Both the position numbers and the translations under genes were made by a program. 64,000 nt of DNA from Psammoneis japonica (Eukaryota): NCBI GenBank assembly GCA_008632985.1, contig QPGO01000091.1, positions 124,001 to 188,000 on the forward strand, written 5' to 3'. The notes beneath the pieces are model-generated. The model saw only the letters and a list, made by a program, of their open reading frames with translations. It was not told the origin of the DNA and did not search any database. Positions 36,179-50,100 of this stretch are shown piece by piece. Position 1 is the first letter of the stretch. Every line of letters begins with the position of its first letter.

Positions 36179-36188
36179 GATTGTTCCT
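36070..36188 (-). rRNA. 5S ribosomal RNA (119 nt)
   Basis: Minus strand AGGAACAATCATAC...CCCGTCTGCTC..CGAAGTTAAGC...GGTTAGTACTACGGTGGGGGACCAC..GGAATCCCGGGTGTTGTTCTT followed by a T run; fits the eukaryotic 5S consensus. Confidence 0.95.
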
Positions 36189-37960
36189 ATCCGGAATTAG
36201 CATTTTTAGGTATTTAAACGCTGCTCTTTAGTAGCTAGCTGCCTGCGTTGAAATCTCACGCGGCGCTGCTTGCTTTGAGGCCCAACGCCGTGCTTCCACG
36301 TGCAACAAAAAAACCTCTTTTTTATCAAAATGCATTTCCAACCGACCAATGCCATGCCAATGCGAAGTTCCCAATGACATAGGGTCACAAGTAGAGAGTT
36401 GCATCAGTCACAGAGCTGTCACCAAAATTCGTCCCTCGCACTTTCCTGTGTGACAAACAAGGTGCTCGGCAAAAAATTGGCTCCATCTTCCAACACAGCA
36501 CCCGATGCTGGGAACAGTGCATGCCCACTGCACTCTCACAAGACATCTGTTCAAAGAGTGTGAGACCAACAATGCTCACATCTTGTGCATTTTGTGGCTT
36601 TGGAAGGGGTCAAAGTCTGGCCAACTCTGCCAAAAATGTTGAACCGAGTGAGTGGGTGTCATGATGCGGGGCTCAAGACACGTGACTCGTCGCTGCACAA
36701 TGAAGAAGCAAGGTTCTTGACCCGTTCTGGACACCATGATCAGATGACAACATCATTGCAAACCAATTTTATGGCAATCTTCTGCTTTCCAGTTTGTCTT
36801 TGTCCCCTCGTGCTGGCAAGCGCATTTGACCTCTTTCGCGCTGCTGCAAGTGGGCGAAGCAATCCACAGGTGCTCATTTACAAGCCCACACTTTTCCATT
36901 TTCAGACATGACATTTGTGTGTCTTTGCGATCAATCTAGAGCATGTGCAAGCCAGGGAGGAGCTCTGTTCACTGTCGTTTGTCATTCCATGGAACAACAG
37001 CATCAGAACATTTTGCCAACATTGTTTGACGCCTTTTTCTTAAACCGTGCACCAACTTCATTCTTCATTTTCACTCTCATCTGCCCAACTCTCTCCCACT
37101 CAAGAACATGTGGCTGAATGCATGACAGTTGCTTTGTCAAAGTCTTCAAAAACATTCATCTGGTCAGCACCATTGATCAAAAAATGGGGTTGACAATGTT
37201 GTGACGGCACTGGATTTGTCGATGTGCTCACATGCCAGAAAAGACAACAAGAGCTGGATGCGGCAGCAACAAAGTTGAGTGAGACAACAAGTGGTGAGCC
37301 TTGGACACATTGACAACACCATTTTGATTTTCAATTTACTTGCCTTTTTACAAACTCAGACTTCAACACAGCGGGCGCCAAAAATCCGGCAAATGGCAAG
37401 TTGATGTGTCGTCTGCATGCAGCACGGAGTCACGAACGGGTGCAACGGTGTGTTTGCACAAAAACTGACTCTTTGCCATTCTCTGATTGTCCCTTTGCAA
37501 CCCCAAACAAAAGGCAGTGTCACAAGTCTGCTGCAGTGATGGGGCTCAAAACAACAATTGTTCAGACACTTTGTCTGCCACATCAATGTCGTCATTGGCT
37601 CTGGTGTTTTTTTGACAAGTTCTCCATGTTGTCACCACAGTGATGGTCTGTGCACTCATCCAGAGCATGCCTGCCATGCCAGTTTGGAGTTGTCCAAGGG
37701 GGTTGGGGCACATGGCAGTGTGATGCCATTGGCCCCAAGCAGGCAACAAAGAACACAGCACACAGGCCTCCTGCAAGCACAAAAGCATGGCAGGGCTTCT
37801 AAAAAAGACATCAACCATGGGCAAGAAAGGCAGATGCAAGAGGGCCAGAGGCGAGGTGAAATCCACTTGCAAAAGTGTTTCACTCAATGAAGTTGATGAT
37901 GAGACCTTGAGGGGCATGACGGCAATGGTCGAGACAAAAGAGTTTGCTGGCAGCTGTGAA

Positions 37961-38864
37961 GACACATTCCAGATGCAGGTGGGAATCCGCGTGACATTGT
38001 TGTGCCCACAAAATTCTGTGTGCAAGCTCCACAGTAAAATCATCAAGCAGTGAACACATCAATGATTGCACCAACCACCAACAGAAAATGAGGCAATTTT
38101 GCCAATGCACAAACTCATCCATGATGCATGTGCATCATTTTTTGCTCAGCCAGGTGCACTCCTTGGACATTGAAGAATGCACCTGGTGCGTTGTTGTTCC
38201 TAAAAATTTGTCAACTTTTTCCACACCCACGCGGTTTTGTGCGATTGCCGCATTCAAATAAAATTTTCAATTGCGAAGAATGCCAAAAACCAAATGACAA
38301 AACTCTCCATTCAAATGAACACAAATGGGTGTGAGCTGTTTTGACCATGACAGTTTTGTCCAATGGCATTGCAACAAGCCACAGGACAGACTTTGAACCT
38401 GCAGTTTGGACAACTGCAAAGAGATCTGTGCCTTGCACAAACCCGGAAAACACATCTGAATGGACTGGGGCAACAGGGTGCAAAAAAGTGACGGACAGAG
38501 ACATGTGCATGCTGGGGATGCATGCAGACACCATGGAAGAGTGACTTTTGGTGACAATTTCTGAAATCTTTGGCCCCATTCAAAGTCTTGCTTCATGCAT
38601 GGGTTTTGTCAGCAGGGCCATGCACCCTGCTTCATTGGTGTCTAAACTGACTGTCTCTGTGGGCTGAAATGTGTCAAGCCGAGTCACCCTGCGGGTGTGG
38701 AAAAAGTCAAACAAAACATCTGGGGTTTCACAAAACAGCAAGTCTGGAACATTTTTTTGGAAGATCACACACAGAAATGTGCATGTCAAACATGCAACAG
38801 ATGACAAAAAACAATTGTGTCACACGCCAGTGCTGCAAGCTCCCACCCAGGGCTGGAACATGTC
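37961..38864. mobile_element. MITE family 2, copy b (longer, more decayed)
   Basis: Ends gacacattccagatgcaggtggga / tcccacccagggctggaacatgtc are CpG-decayed versions of the family TIR; flanks TGAA/TGAG; first about 220 bp align to 40254-40470. Confidence 0.75.
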
Positions 38865-40253
38865 TGAGTGGCATTCATTCCGCCATTTGTCTTGGCAATG
38901 AGGATGCTCCCACCTCAGAGATCCACATGGGCAGTGAGGGCAATTGCACATCATGGGCTCTTCTCAAAGTTGGCAGTGTTGAGGCCATCTCATCTTCTTT
39001 GCAATGTGTGAAAGTTAAAACACAACATTTTGTTGGCAGAGCCAGGCTGTTTTGCTTTGTGTTGCTCCGCTCTCACCCATGTTCTGTTGTGGCTGGCAAG
39101 GAGTGCAGCCAAGCTCTTTTCCACTGTGCTGGACTCTGATTGTGATTGTGGCTTTGTGCATCATTTGTTCTGCATTCCGGGAGTGAGCATCCTTGCAAAA
39201 TGACTTGCAAATTTGTGATCCATGATGTGCTCAACATGGCTGAAATCTTGCAGACCAGTGGGATTGAAGCTGTTGTTTTGGCCATCCACATCATTTGGCC
39301 TGACAAAAATGCCTTCACAGCATGGAGTTGTCATGCAGCAAAAAAGTGTCACACCACAGTGTGTTGCATTGAGTTTCAAAATTGCACAGCATCACAAAAA
39401 ATCATGTCCTTTGGTGGCATCCCTGCCATGTGCCATGTGGTGGCACACATGAAGGGTTGCCCTGACTCCACAGCAGCGCAGGGCAGTGGATGCTTCTTGG
39501 CGCCAATGTTGCTGTCACATGATGCTTCAGTCAGTGGCAACCTGCCCACAGTGGGGATGGGGTGAATTGCATGGCCCTCCTCAAGTGCAATGAGGAAGCA
39601 GCAGCCTTGAACCCTCCTGTGAATGGGCTCTGCTTGGCACTCACAAGGCTCCATGCAATGTGGCAAAATGGAAGTCCCTCAACAACGTTCAGCAGGCTTG
39701 AGTGTTGTCATGGTGTGTTGGAGGAAAGGTGTGCCTGTTCAGATGTCAAAAAAAGAGAAGTTGCTTGGGTTTGTTTCTCATGAGCAAGCAAATTGAGGTT
39801 TGGTGAGCTTGCTGTCACACACCATGCAGCAGCTTGTCTGCAGCCACCAGCACTGGTTGAGTCTCTGAGCACAGAGCACTCGATGTCATGCTTGGAGCCA
39901 GTGTGGGCATCTGTGTTCTTTTGTTTTGTCACACACACATGCCAGCCTAGATCATTTGCTTGGATTTGTTTGGGGCAGTTCTTTAGAAGTGCTCTGTGCT
40001 GCAGGTGGAGTCCGGCTTCAACAAAAGCCAAAAGATGGCCCCACATGTCATGTGCACCCACTCTGCTTCTCTTTCTTTTGCCAGGACCTCACCCAATCGC
40101 ACGGTGGTGTCATTGCTTTTACAAACAGTGTTTTTTGAAATTTTGAAGTGTGTTGGGCGTTTGGAGACAACCCACAAGTCCCTTGAGTTTGAGTTTGCAG
40201 TTCGCAGTGAAGCGTGCAAAAAAAAAAAAGCTTCCAGCTTCCACCAGCCATCT

Positions 40254-40650
40254 GACGGGTTCCAGTCCCAGGTGGGACTCCGTGTGACATTGGGCCCGTA
40301 GAATTCTGAGTGCGAGCTCCGTGGCAAATTTACACTGCAATGAAAATGTGAATGATTGCCAACAGAAAAAGAGGCAATTTTGTGAACGCATCTCCTCCTT
40401 CACACTTGGAGCACATCATTGACAGTTTGCCTGGGTGTGTTCTTCAGACATTAAAGAATGTGCCCAGTGCATTTTCATTCTCACAAATGTTGAAAACAGA
40501 AAGCCTTTGGCTTCGCAAAACAGGGAGTGTGAAACAGTTTCGTAGAATGTCACACGTAGAAATGTGTGTGCGTGACATGCGACGCGATCCAAAAAACTGT
40601 TGATGTCACAGTTCAGCAGTGCGAGGTCCCACCCAGAGCTGGAACGCGTC
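40254..40650. mobile_element. MITE family 2, copy c (397 bp, ATCT TSD), inverted relative to copy a
   Basis: TIRs gacgggttccagtcccaggtggga / tcccacccagagctggaacgcgtc; ATCT at 40250-40253 and 40651-40654; both ends match 20037-20425 in reverse complement. Confidence 0.92.
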
Positions 40651-41481
40651 ATCTGTGCATGCTCTGCTCTGCTCTGGCTGCCGGTGCAACATGCCAACCG
40701 CGACAGACAACCGCTGCCAGCTCCCCCGCCATGGTCAATGCCGCCCTTCTTGTTCTTTCTCCTGTGGCTCTCTAGAGCCAGCTGGAGATCTTCCACTGAT
40801 GGATGCTGGAATGGTTTTGCTGGCGGATGCGCGAGCCTCATTCCCAAAAAACCAAGCTGGAGCGGCGCATGGCCAGGCAGAGGGCGGGAGAGGTGGGAGC
40901 GTTAAAAACTGTCTCTGCCAGAGCGGCTTTGCAACTTGACACAGGAGACATCAGCAACATTGGTGGAGGAGTTGGCTGTGGTTGTCATTTGAGAATGATT
41001 CAAAGTGGGTGATGCACGCCTCTGTCCATTGCGACCCAACAACATGCAAATGGCTGTGCAGTCTGTTGAAGCTTCTGACCAGCTTTGAAGGCGATTTATT
41101 TTGTCTGTCGATAGATCAACCATCTATATGTTTTGTAACAATGATGTTTTGGCATTTTTACTTTGCATTCACAGTGTGTTAGCAACACCATTCACTCTCT
41201 CGCAAACTCTTCGTGCTTCGTGTTATTCTCGTGTTGGAGCTCGCAGAGTTCGTGATGTTCGTACGCATGTATGAGAAACTGTCGCATGTAGAAACATATT
41301 GAATTTCAACCGTTGCTCCTTTGCTCGCGCAAGCACGTTCAATTTTAAATTTTCAAACGGCTGTGACCCAACGGTCAAAAAACGGGTCATTTGCCTCGTC
41401 GAACGACACGAGGTAGGTAGGCGACGAAGCGACGAAAGCATCAGAAAAAGGCGATCGCTAACGAGGAGTAGTTGACCAACC

Positions 41482-42558
41482 ATGGGAAAGAAAACCCGAC
41501 GCAACAGGGCTTCTGGCAAGGTAAAAAATATGGGGAAACGGCTTGCCGCTAGAGAATACGATGATGGGATTTTGAGTTTTATGTCAGAGCTGGTTGCCGT
41601 CTTGAAATCTTCTTCTGGAGGAGGAGAGCAGCTACTTAGAACAATGTCTGCTATTTGTTCGGCCGTTTTTGATTACGATGATGCACCTCGGGCTCTTCTT
41701 GATATTGGTGGTGTTGAGACTATTGTTTCCGCTATGCGTAAGAGCCCACGATCCGAAGGCTGTCAAATTTGTGGCTGTAAGGTCCTCGCCATTTGTTCTG
41801 TACTGGATACCGAGGAGTGCAACCGTGTTGTTTCTCAAAGCGGGGGGATTCCTATTGTAGCGGCAGCTTTGAAACGCCTTGTGCTGAACTATGATGGCGA
41901 GAGCATCCAAGACAGAACACGGGGTGTACTAGCCGCGCTCCTCACTTTAGAGAATTTGTCAGCGCAACACGTGAAATCAATCATGAAAGCAGGTGGGATC
42001 CAAGCTATTGTATCAGCCCTAAAGATCATTTGGCCGCATGAATACACCACGAAAGTAGCGGGGTATGCAATGCAGGCGTTGCTTCATATTATTTCGTCCG
42101 TTGACAAGAATACGCTCTCTTCCGCGATTTCGAAAATCATTGCGTGTGGTGGAATTCCTACCATTCTGGCGTGCATGACGGATTTTTCAAATGACAGCAG
42201 TATCCGGGAAGCTGGATGTGCCATTATGACAGGCTTGTCTAATTCATCCGTTGGAGGTGATCCGTCTGCAGCTCTCGCTGCCGGTGGGCACGAGGCCATT
42301 CGCATGGTCCTGGAGATGAATGAAGGAGAAAAGGATCCACTTATCCATCGTCTCTGTGTCGAAGTTGGAGGATACATCAAAGATATTGTTCCTCTGTGTC
42401 GATGTTGCGGCAGAGAATCTGAAAACATGATGGTCTGTAATCGCTGTGATATTGCTTGGTACTGCAATGATGAATGCATTGCGAGGGACTGGAAGAATCA
42501 CAAGGCGGCGTGTAACGCGGCGAGGTGGAAGACGCTCAGCAATGTCAAGCATACTTGA
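41482..42558 (+). CDS. ARM-repeat protein with C-terminal MYND zinc finger
   Basis: Repeated GG(V/I)..I..A(M/L) armadillo units and CRCC...CNRCDIAWYCNDECIARDWKNHKAAC. Confidence 0.92.
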   Translation: MGKKTRRNRASGKVKNMGKRLAAREYDDGILSFMSELVAVLKSSSGGGEQLLRTMSAICSAVFDYDDAPRALLDIGGVETIVSAMRKSPRSEGCQICGCKVLAICSVLDTEECNRVVSQSGGIPIVAAALKRLVLNYDGESIQDRTRGVLAALLTLENLSAQHVKSIMKAGGIQAIVSALKIIWPHEYTTKVAGYAMQALLHIISSVDKNTLSSAISKIIACGGIPTILACMTDFSNDSSIREAGCAIMTGLSNSSVGGDPSAALAAGGHEAIRMVLEMNEGEKDPLIHRLCVEVGGYIKDIVPLCRCCGRESENMMVCNRCDIAWYCNDECIARDWKNHKAACNAARWKTLSNVKHT

Positions 42559-43139
42559 GGATTGCGCTATGAGTCGTTTAAGCAAGAATTCAAGTTTTGC
42601 GTTGCCTGCTTCCGGCTGATGACACACCAAGAAGGCACACATCTGCAACATCGTTTTGGTTGGCTTGAAGCTACCATAGTACGAATCGCATGGCATTTCA
42701 TGTTCGGTTTCTTGCTTGGAGCGAGAAAATCGATACGACGGTAATCCCGGAAGGACCTGAAACAGCAAAGCAATATTGACCAGCTCTTGTTCGAAAGATG
42801 CGTTGGACTGTTTACTCTCTAGTTTGAAGTTGACTCTACAGTTGTTTTTCCATGTCTCTAGTAGGGAAGTGATCTGATCGCTCGTTATATATCGGTGCGG
42901 CAATGAAGCCAGCTAGTAGAATGCCGTGATGCCGCTTCGAACCGAATGACTTCTCTGAAGAAGTAGTCATACGGCGGCGACGTTTTGCGCAGACTTTTGT
43001 TTATAATCTTTATGAAGATTATGCTCGTGCCATTATTGAAGAATGCTTAAGACTGCAAATGGGCTCTTGACTTCTAGCGCTTACGTCATTTTTTGACAGG
43101 CTAACTCTAGCTGACACCGGTGCAGAGCGGAAACTAGAA

Positions 43140-45600
43140 CTGCTCGAGTAAACCCCAATCTTGTACTCTTTTGGGCAAGTTGGATTTGCCAGCGGCATGA
43201 TCTGTGCCCAAGCAAACAGCGCATGGTCGTGCTCGCTTTTTTGCACTGACATCGACGTCTTCTCCTGTTGTCACCTTCGTTTTGGGTTTTCTTCCCATTG
43301 CTTTCTTCGCCTGCTTGGAATGACTCTTTGCCATTTTGTGTGCCGCTGACTGCTTTGACTCTCTTTTGTTCTGTTGCTTGTGATCACACTGTCTAAAACT
43401 TTTCCTGAACTCTACATTCAGCCAAACCGAGATCTTCGAAGAGTTTTATAACGTGGTCAGTTGGGTTGGTTTTAGAAAGCCCAACAAGACCAGCAATGCC
43501 AATTTCCCAGCTTCTTGAGTGGTTCTGATTCAGCCACTTTCCCTGTGAGCACTTTGTGACCATGGACCACAGACACAACTTGGCAGGTGGTCCTCAATGC
43601 CTTGGACAGCTTGGGGGTGTGCTTTTCTTGTTGAATCTCAGCATCACTTCATTCGTCACATCATGGAGGAGTGTGCTTGCTTGTTGAGCTCTAGAGGACA
43701 ATCAAAGTGACTGCACTGCTTGGCCACCATCTCCTGTGGCAGCAACTCAATTGCATCTTTGCTCACTTTGTTGTTTCAGGCATGTCTGCATTCCAGTTTC
43801 AACCAAGCAAAGCTGCAGCAGTTTGAGTTGATGCAACCCAAGTGATCTCCAATGTGGCATGGGAAAACATTGAAATTTTTCTTTTTCACATCCTCAAAAT
43901 GCTGGTTGGTTGGTTTTTTTTGTTTTCACCCCATGACACCTTTTTCAATTCTTTCAAGCACTGCTTGATGCCATGCATGGCCATTGCAATGCAAGAATTT
44001 TCCAGATTGCCAACACCATGTCCAAACTTTTGTCCTGTTTCTTTGCTGTGCACATTGATTTTGCCAAGCTCTTCAATGCATGAGCACAGTGTGGAATTTT
44101 TTCAGATTCACCAATGGCTTCTGCCCCCATTGTTTCAATTTGTTTTTGCCACAATTGATTGTCTCCCTTTGAGCCACCATTGCTGGTGGTGAGGCACAAG
44201 TGCATGGCAAGAAAATCTCCCAAGCACACTCCTCCATTTTTTTGCCCCCAAGGAGCAAACAATTTCCAAATTCCTCTGGCATGTGCCAGTTGGCAATTGG
44301 CAGTGCATTCATGGAAATGCTCATGTGCTTGCGCCATTGTGCTTTGTTCCAACAAACAATGACAGATCTCTTTCTCCATTCCTTGGTGTTTCATGCATTG
44401 CATGGCAACATTTCATGCATGCCACGCAAGAAGCACCAATTGCCATGGGCAAATCCAAGATGCTGGAAATGGAAATCAAGCCATCAGTGCTTTGGATCCT
44501 CCCTGTCAAGTGATTCCTGCATGATCATGTGGTCCTGCATTCATCCATTTGTGCCAACACCCTGGCAATGCACCACTTGTCACCCTTGGAACCCTTTTGT
44601 TTGATTGTGTCACCATCCTCATCAAAGTCGAGACTTGACTGCATTGCCTTGATCTCTTGGCTGCTTCTGAATTTTCATTTTTGTGCTTTTTTTGCCATCA
44701 TTTTGTCCAGATTGGTGGAGACATGTTGAGCCTGGTGGATGACTGTGTTCACAAGAAATGCCTTTTTTCTGACACAGCAGTCATCTTTGCATGCTCAGTC
44801 ATGTGAAACTGATCTTTCTCCCCACATGCAGCAACAAGTGTCAGTGAAGCCGAGTCCATCCTCCTTGTTGAATTTGAGCAGCTTGACATTTGGGAACCGA
44901 GGTGCCTTTTGCTCTTGCAGCACTTGTGATGATTGAGTGCCCAAAACAGCAGAAGCCCCACAATGTGTGGGTTTTGATGCACCATGTGACATGTGACATG
45001 TGCTTGTGAAAATCAATTGGCAATGCATTGGACTTGACTTGAGGATCTTTGTTTTCCTTGTTGCTTTCCTCACTGCTGAGGACTTAAAATTCTTCAAACA
45101 TCAGGTTTGCAGCATTGTGAGAAAATGTGTTGAGCAACGGACATTCTGTGTTGGCACTGGGTGTGGTTGCCCAGTTCTGTAAAGTCAAATTTAAGCTGAA
45201 GCAGCTGACTCCACACCAAGGATCAAAAGCACCTGACCAATCACTGCACATGCTCTCAACGACCATCCTGAAGTCTGCAATTGCAAGCCAGGGGTTAACA
45301 CCACATGGAGCAAGAGCCTTTTGGAGCTGTTGCAACAAGCAAAACTTTTTTGTGCAATCCAGAGAAAATTTGGACATTTCCTGCAGCTTTTTCAGGTGTG
45401 CGACACCTGAAATGATTCATTTGTGCTTGGGCAGGGAGACATGACACACACTGGCAGTGATGAAATGAACAAGTCACATGGAAAATCTGAAAGTGCGTGC
45501 TGACATCAGCATCACTGTGTTTTGTGTTGACTCTTCTGGGCATTTTCAGCAATGAATGTGATTTGTCAAGAGGGTCATTTCAGCAAAAAAAGATGAATGA
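43140..45600 (-). mobile_element. Decayed coding element, possibly a DNA-transposon transposase
   Basis: Only weak hints: Lys-rich tail ending CAVC...H, and a GDH..C...C pattern, inside a hypermutated tract. Family not identified. Confidence 0.3.
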
Positions 45601-45899
45601 GAATGAGAGAGCTTGAGACAGGCAAAAAAAGGGGGGTTCCATCCTCAAGCATTTGCCATTGACCACCATTGATGGTGCCATTTTTGCCAGACAGTGCAAA
45701 ACTGAGCCATTCAAGCTGTTTTTCTTTTGTCGCATGACTCAAGGCAACATTGAGCCACTCAAGCTGTCATGCCAGCACTGGCATTTTGGAAATTTTAATC
45801 AAATTGTCAACACATGAAATTCACACAAGCCCCATTTAAAAATGTGCTCAAACACTTCAGCTCAACAAATGTCTAAAAACAACAGCCACTCAAATTTCC

Positions 45900-48800
45900 C
45901 ATTTTCTCCATAATTCTGAAGAAGTGTGGCATCAATGGGGAGGTGTGCCATGACAGCAACTGTGACAGTGCATCTCTGTTGTGTGAGTTGGGCACACCTC
46001 CATCACTGACATCATGCCAGAAATGTGATGGGAAACACTTGAAGCCAGAAAACAATCTGATTGATTGCTGATGCAGAGGTGAGACAGAAATGTGACAAGT
46101 GGGGGACCCTGCTTGTTGGTTGGCTTGATGCCTTGTTCTGTTCAACACATGGCAGCAAGCCACCTGGCATCTGACAAACGAGGAGCTGGAAAAAACTGGA
46201 GCATGCATTGACCTTGTCACAGAACTGTTGTCTGAATTGGACACGCTGGTCATGATAAAAATGCACTTGGCATTCAAACAGCCCACACCAAAGTTCTGCA
46301 AAAGCTGCCAACCTGACCCCCACCAGTGCATCCCAAGGTGCAACCAAAACCTGACAGGGAGCAGAAAGGGGCAGCTGAGGGAGGCACAAAAGCAGCCACA
46401 GCATTGGGAGAGCAGAAGGAGTGCAGAATGCAGTGTGAAGGGCATTTGTTGGAAGGGATGGGGGAGGATGGAGCAGGAAGAGAGGAGGTAAAGTGGAGAG
46501 CATGCATTGAGAAATGGCAAACCAGGTTGCAGCTGAGCATTGAATGGCCCATTGAGATGGAAAGGCAGAATGATTGGTGCTGCCAAAGTGATTGTTGGAG
46601 AGGTGATGCCAGCCAAAATTAGCCACAAGAAAGGAAGGAGCCCAGACAGAGAAAAGCCAGGGCATGGTGCAGGAAGGCAGAATGGGAGAAATTGGAATTG
46701 TGGAGGTCAGAAGGGGAGGACCAGGAGGCTTGGGCTGAGAGCAGGTGGAGGAGAGTGAGGTGCCAAAGAGGGAGCAATGGCAAAAAAGAAGCCAAGGCTG
46801 GGTGCCAAGGTGATCAAAAAGGCAAAGGGTGGGAGATGGATGTCGTCAATGTCAAGCAATGCAACAATTGACAACAAGGGATCTGTCAGTGGAGGTGGCA
46901 GAAGGGCCAAGGAACTTCAGTCTTGCACTTGTGTGGTGTGCCTGAGTCAAGAGAGAGGTGGAGAGAGGAGGCAGAACAGGAGGAGGGTGAGAAGGAGCTT
47001 GGGAAATGGCGGTGTTGACAGGAATGTGGTGATGTTGGGATGAGGGAGCCAAAAGGGAAGTGGGAGGTGGCATGGAAATGCCAACATCAGCAGGACAGAG
47101 GACAGAGCAAGCAGGAATGAGATTTGCAGGTTCAAGGTGAACGTCATTGGAGGAATGATGCAGCTTGGCAAGAGCTTGGATTTGTTTCCATGGTGGCAGG
47201 AGAAGGTGTGATCACCACAAGCATCAAGCATGTCATGGCCACAGGGGCAGGGTGCACCAGCAAGGGAGCAAAGAAGGATGGGAAGACACAGCTTGCATTG
47301 GGCAGCAATGACACAGCCATCAGAAGCAAGGCAAGAAGAGTTGGAGAGCATCAAGAAAGGGAGTGAAGAGGGAGACTCTGGTCAGCAGGGAAAGGAGAGA
47401 AAGCAAAGCAATTCAAGCATCAGAGGGAACATGAGCAAGAGTGGCAGAGACCACTTGCTGTTGATGACCATGACACAGGCAGCATGCAAGGCCAAGGAGA
47501 GCAACAGTTTTGACAAGGCTGGCAAGAGATGAGGCAGAGCGAGGAGGAAGAGCCAGGATTGAGAATGGAGGCAAAATTGCCGAAGATTGCATGGAGCTGA
47601 AGGGTTGAGCGCGGGTGGTTCCAGGGTGACAGAATGAGCCAGAAGCATCAAGGGAAGGAGATGGTGTCACCAGATGGCAACTGAGCCCTGCAGGCAGCAA
47701 AGTGGAAGGACTGAAGGAGGGCAACAAGGAAGGAAGGGGGATGGCAGCAGAGGACGGGTTGCAAAGGCCAAACCTGCCAAATGAAGCAGGAAGGAAGGTG
47801 GCAGCAAGGGAGTGGGGAGGGAGGGATGAGTCAGAGTGAAGGTGGTGAAGGAAGTGGTGAGCAGTCATGAGAAGGGAGGCTTGAAAGGAGGAGGTCCAAA
47901 GGCACGGGTCAGGAGGGTCATTGGTGGGGTCAAAGTCATGAAAGTTGGTGCCAAGGAGGTGGGCAGAGGAGGGGGTGAAGCAGTGCTTGAATGGTTGGGC
48001 TTGAGTTTGTTTGTCATGAAGGCAGGTGAGGAGCATGCCAACTTTGTCAGAAAGTTTGGGGGCAGTCTCAGAAAGAAAGGAGTTGGCAAAAGCCTGAGAG
48101 CCAAGAGGCTGACCAAGAAAGTGTGCGCCAGAAGTGAGCTTGGGATTGCAGGAAAGGTTGTTCAGAGGGTCAAGGTGGGAGAGGGCAGCCCAAAGGGGGT
48201 TAGCTTGAGAGGAAGGAAGAGCAGGGATGGAGCCAGCACCAGCAGTGGAAGCAAGGATCTTTGCAATTTGCAGGTTGAGCTCGATGCCGCAGGGAGTGCC
48301 AAGAGCGGAAAATGCTCAAGGAACCAAGGAAGAGCAGTGTGAGGAAGAAAACATGAGCATTGTCAATGTCAGAACCAATGGAGGTAGGAGAGTGGCCAGG
48401 GAGGCACTGGAGCAGTTGCTTGTTGAGGGGGTGGAGTGCAAGGGAGAGAACAAGACTGGTGAAGACATGGCCAGGAGGACAGCCTTGGGCAAAGTCTTCT
48501 TCTTGAACAAAGGAGCACCACAAGAAGTCAGGGCAACAAGAGCAGAAGGCATTGGGGCATTGGTGTGTGAGGTCAAAGAAAGGAAGGAGAGAGGGCAGAA
48601 GGCCTCAATGGAAGCAAGAAGATCCCTGCAAGCATCACAAGAAACTTTGTCAAACATGTTGACGAGGTCAAGGAGCAGGCAGGAGGGCCTTGGTGGGGCT
48701 GGCGGAGGAAAGGTGGCATTCAATGTGCAGAGTGAACAAGGTGGCTAAGACCACCTTTGACACTGATGCCAAATTGGCCATCAGGAAGATGGTGTTTGGT

Positions 48801-50100
48801 GAAGGCAGATGATGCAAAGAGGGTCATGATGAAAGATCCGGCAATGTGACAAAGGGCTGTGCCATCACTAATTGGGTGGAGCTTGTGGAGATCTGTTGGA
48901 TCCTTGTGAAGAGCAACAAAGCAGTTGGAGGCAAGCAAAGGATGAATGAATGGAGGAACAGAGCCATTGAGAAGAAGAAGAAGAGCGAGCTTCTGAAAGG
49001 AAAGGAGGTGGCTGGGGATGTTGCAACTCACCAGTGAAAGTTTTGGTGGAATGGAGGGCACAGAATTTGAGCAGCTCAGCAGAATTGGCAAAGACACCAG
49101 CAGCTGCAATGGGTTTGCACTCAGAGAGTGCAGAGAGGAGAGCTTCAGCAGAGAGTGCAATGGGCTCATCATGAGGCAAAGAGGTGGATTGGGTGGAAAG
49201 AGCAGCAGAAGTGCTGCATGGAAGGATGAAGACAAGAAGGGTGAAGCTTGAGCTTGGGAGGGAGGCACTCAAGAGTGGCAGTGGTGATGGGGAACACACA
49301 GAGGTGAGCTGGGAGCAGGCCGAATGAAAGTTGTCTTTGTTGGCACAGACCTGAGTGGAGTGGCAGTGAGTGGAGGCAGAGAAGTTGGGAGAAGAAGAGG
49401 CAGAGGAGGGGGGTGGGCAAAAGAGAGAAAGTCTCATCATGCAGTTGGCAAACACAGCCCCAACAGAAGAGAGCAAGGTGGAGAGCTGTTGCAGGGCCAA
49501 ATTTAGAGCACCAAGGAATGGGAGCAAGGAGAACAAGAGCTCAGGAGAGAGGAGCAGGAGTTTCCAAAAGGGTGTGGAGTCCCATTGCCATTGAGGAACA
49601 AGGTGAGCAGGGTCAAAGATGTGCTGAGAAGAAGCAAGGACCTGTTGAACCACATGTGATGGAGAGTGGAACAAAGTTCCTTGTGGAAAAAGGAAGAGAG
49701 CTTGCCCCAGGAGGAGGTGCAAATGGGAGGAGGCATGAGCTCAAGGGAGTGGAGCCATCATTGAAGGGAAGAATGCCAAGAACCAGTGCTGCAAAGGGCA
49801 GAGGAGATCATGCCAGTGGCAAAGAATGAAAAAGGCACTTGAGAAAGAGAATGATGGGGATGCTCCTGACAGAGATGACTGCACACAACAGCAGTGGGAA
49901 GAGTGGATGAATCTGAAGAACAAGGAGACCAGGAGCAAAAGGGGCAAGCCAGCGGGGAACAGGTGCCAAGGGGTTCCATGAGGCAACGAGGAGGTCACGG
50001 GGAGAGTCAAAGTCAGGAGTGGTGGTGAGGATGGCAGCGTCAGAGAGTGGCATCCAGTCAGAGATGTGAGCTGGGCAATGGGCAGCAACAGCCAACTGGA
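45900..50100 (-). mobile_element. Decayed non-LTR retrotransposon, CRE-like (RT, CCHC finger, restriction-like endonuclease)
   Basis: In order on the minus strand: ALHKD..KLHPISDG.AL (RPI), QFGISVKGG, LLLDLVNMFDKVS, FAQGCPPG, DIDN (YxDD), GRFGL, CPCG..LDA.GDH.FSC, PADV. Ends uncertain. Confidence 0.82.

Larger units (their letters stand above)
36350..41100. other. CpG- and TpA-depleted hypermutated tract C (unidentified decayed sequence plus two MITEs)
   Basis: Same dinucleotide signature as tract B; ORFs are C/H/M/W-rich and nearly Tyr-free. Confidence 0.88.

Noticed and set aside
42244..42903. 219-aa minus-strand ORF, and a 15-nt match (tggcttgaagctacc) between about 42661 and 56290
   Set aside because: The ORF overlaps the MYND gene antisense with no recognisable domain; the short match does not extend convincingly.
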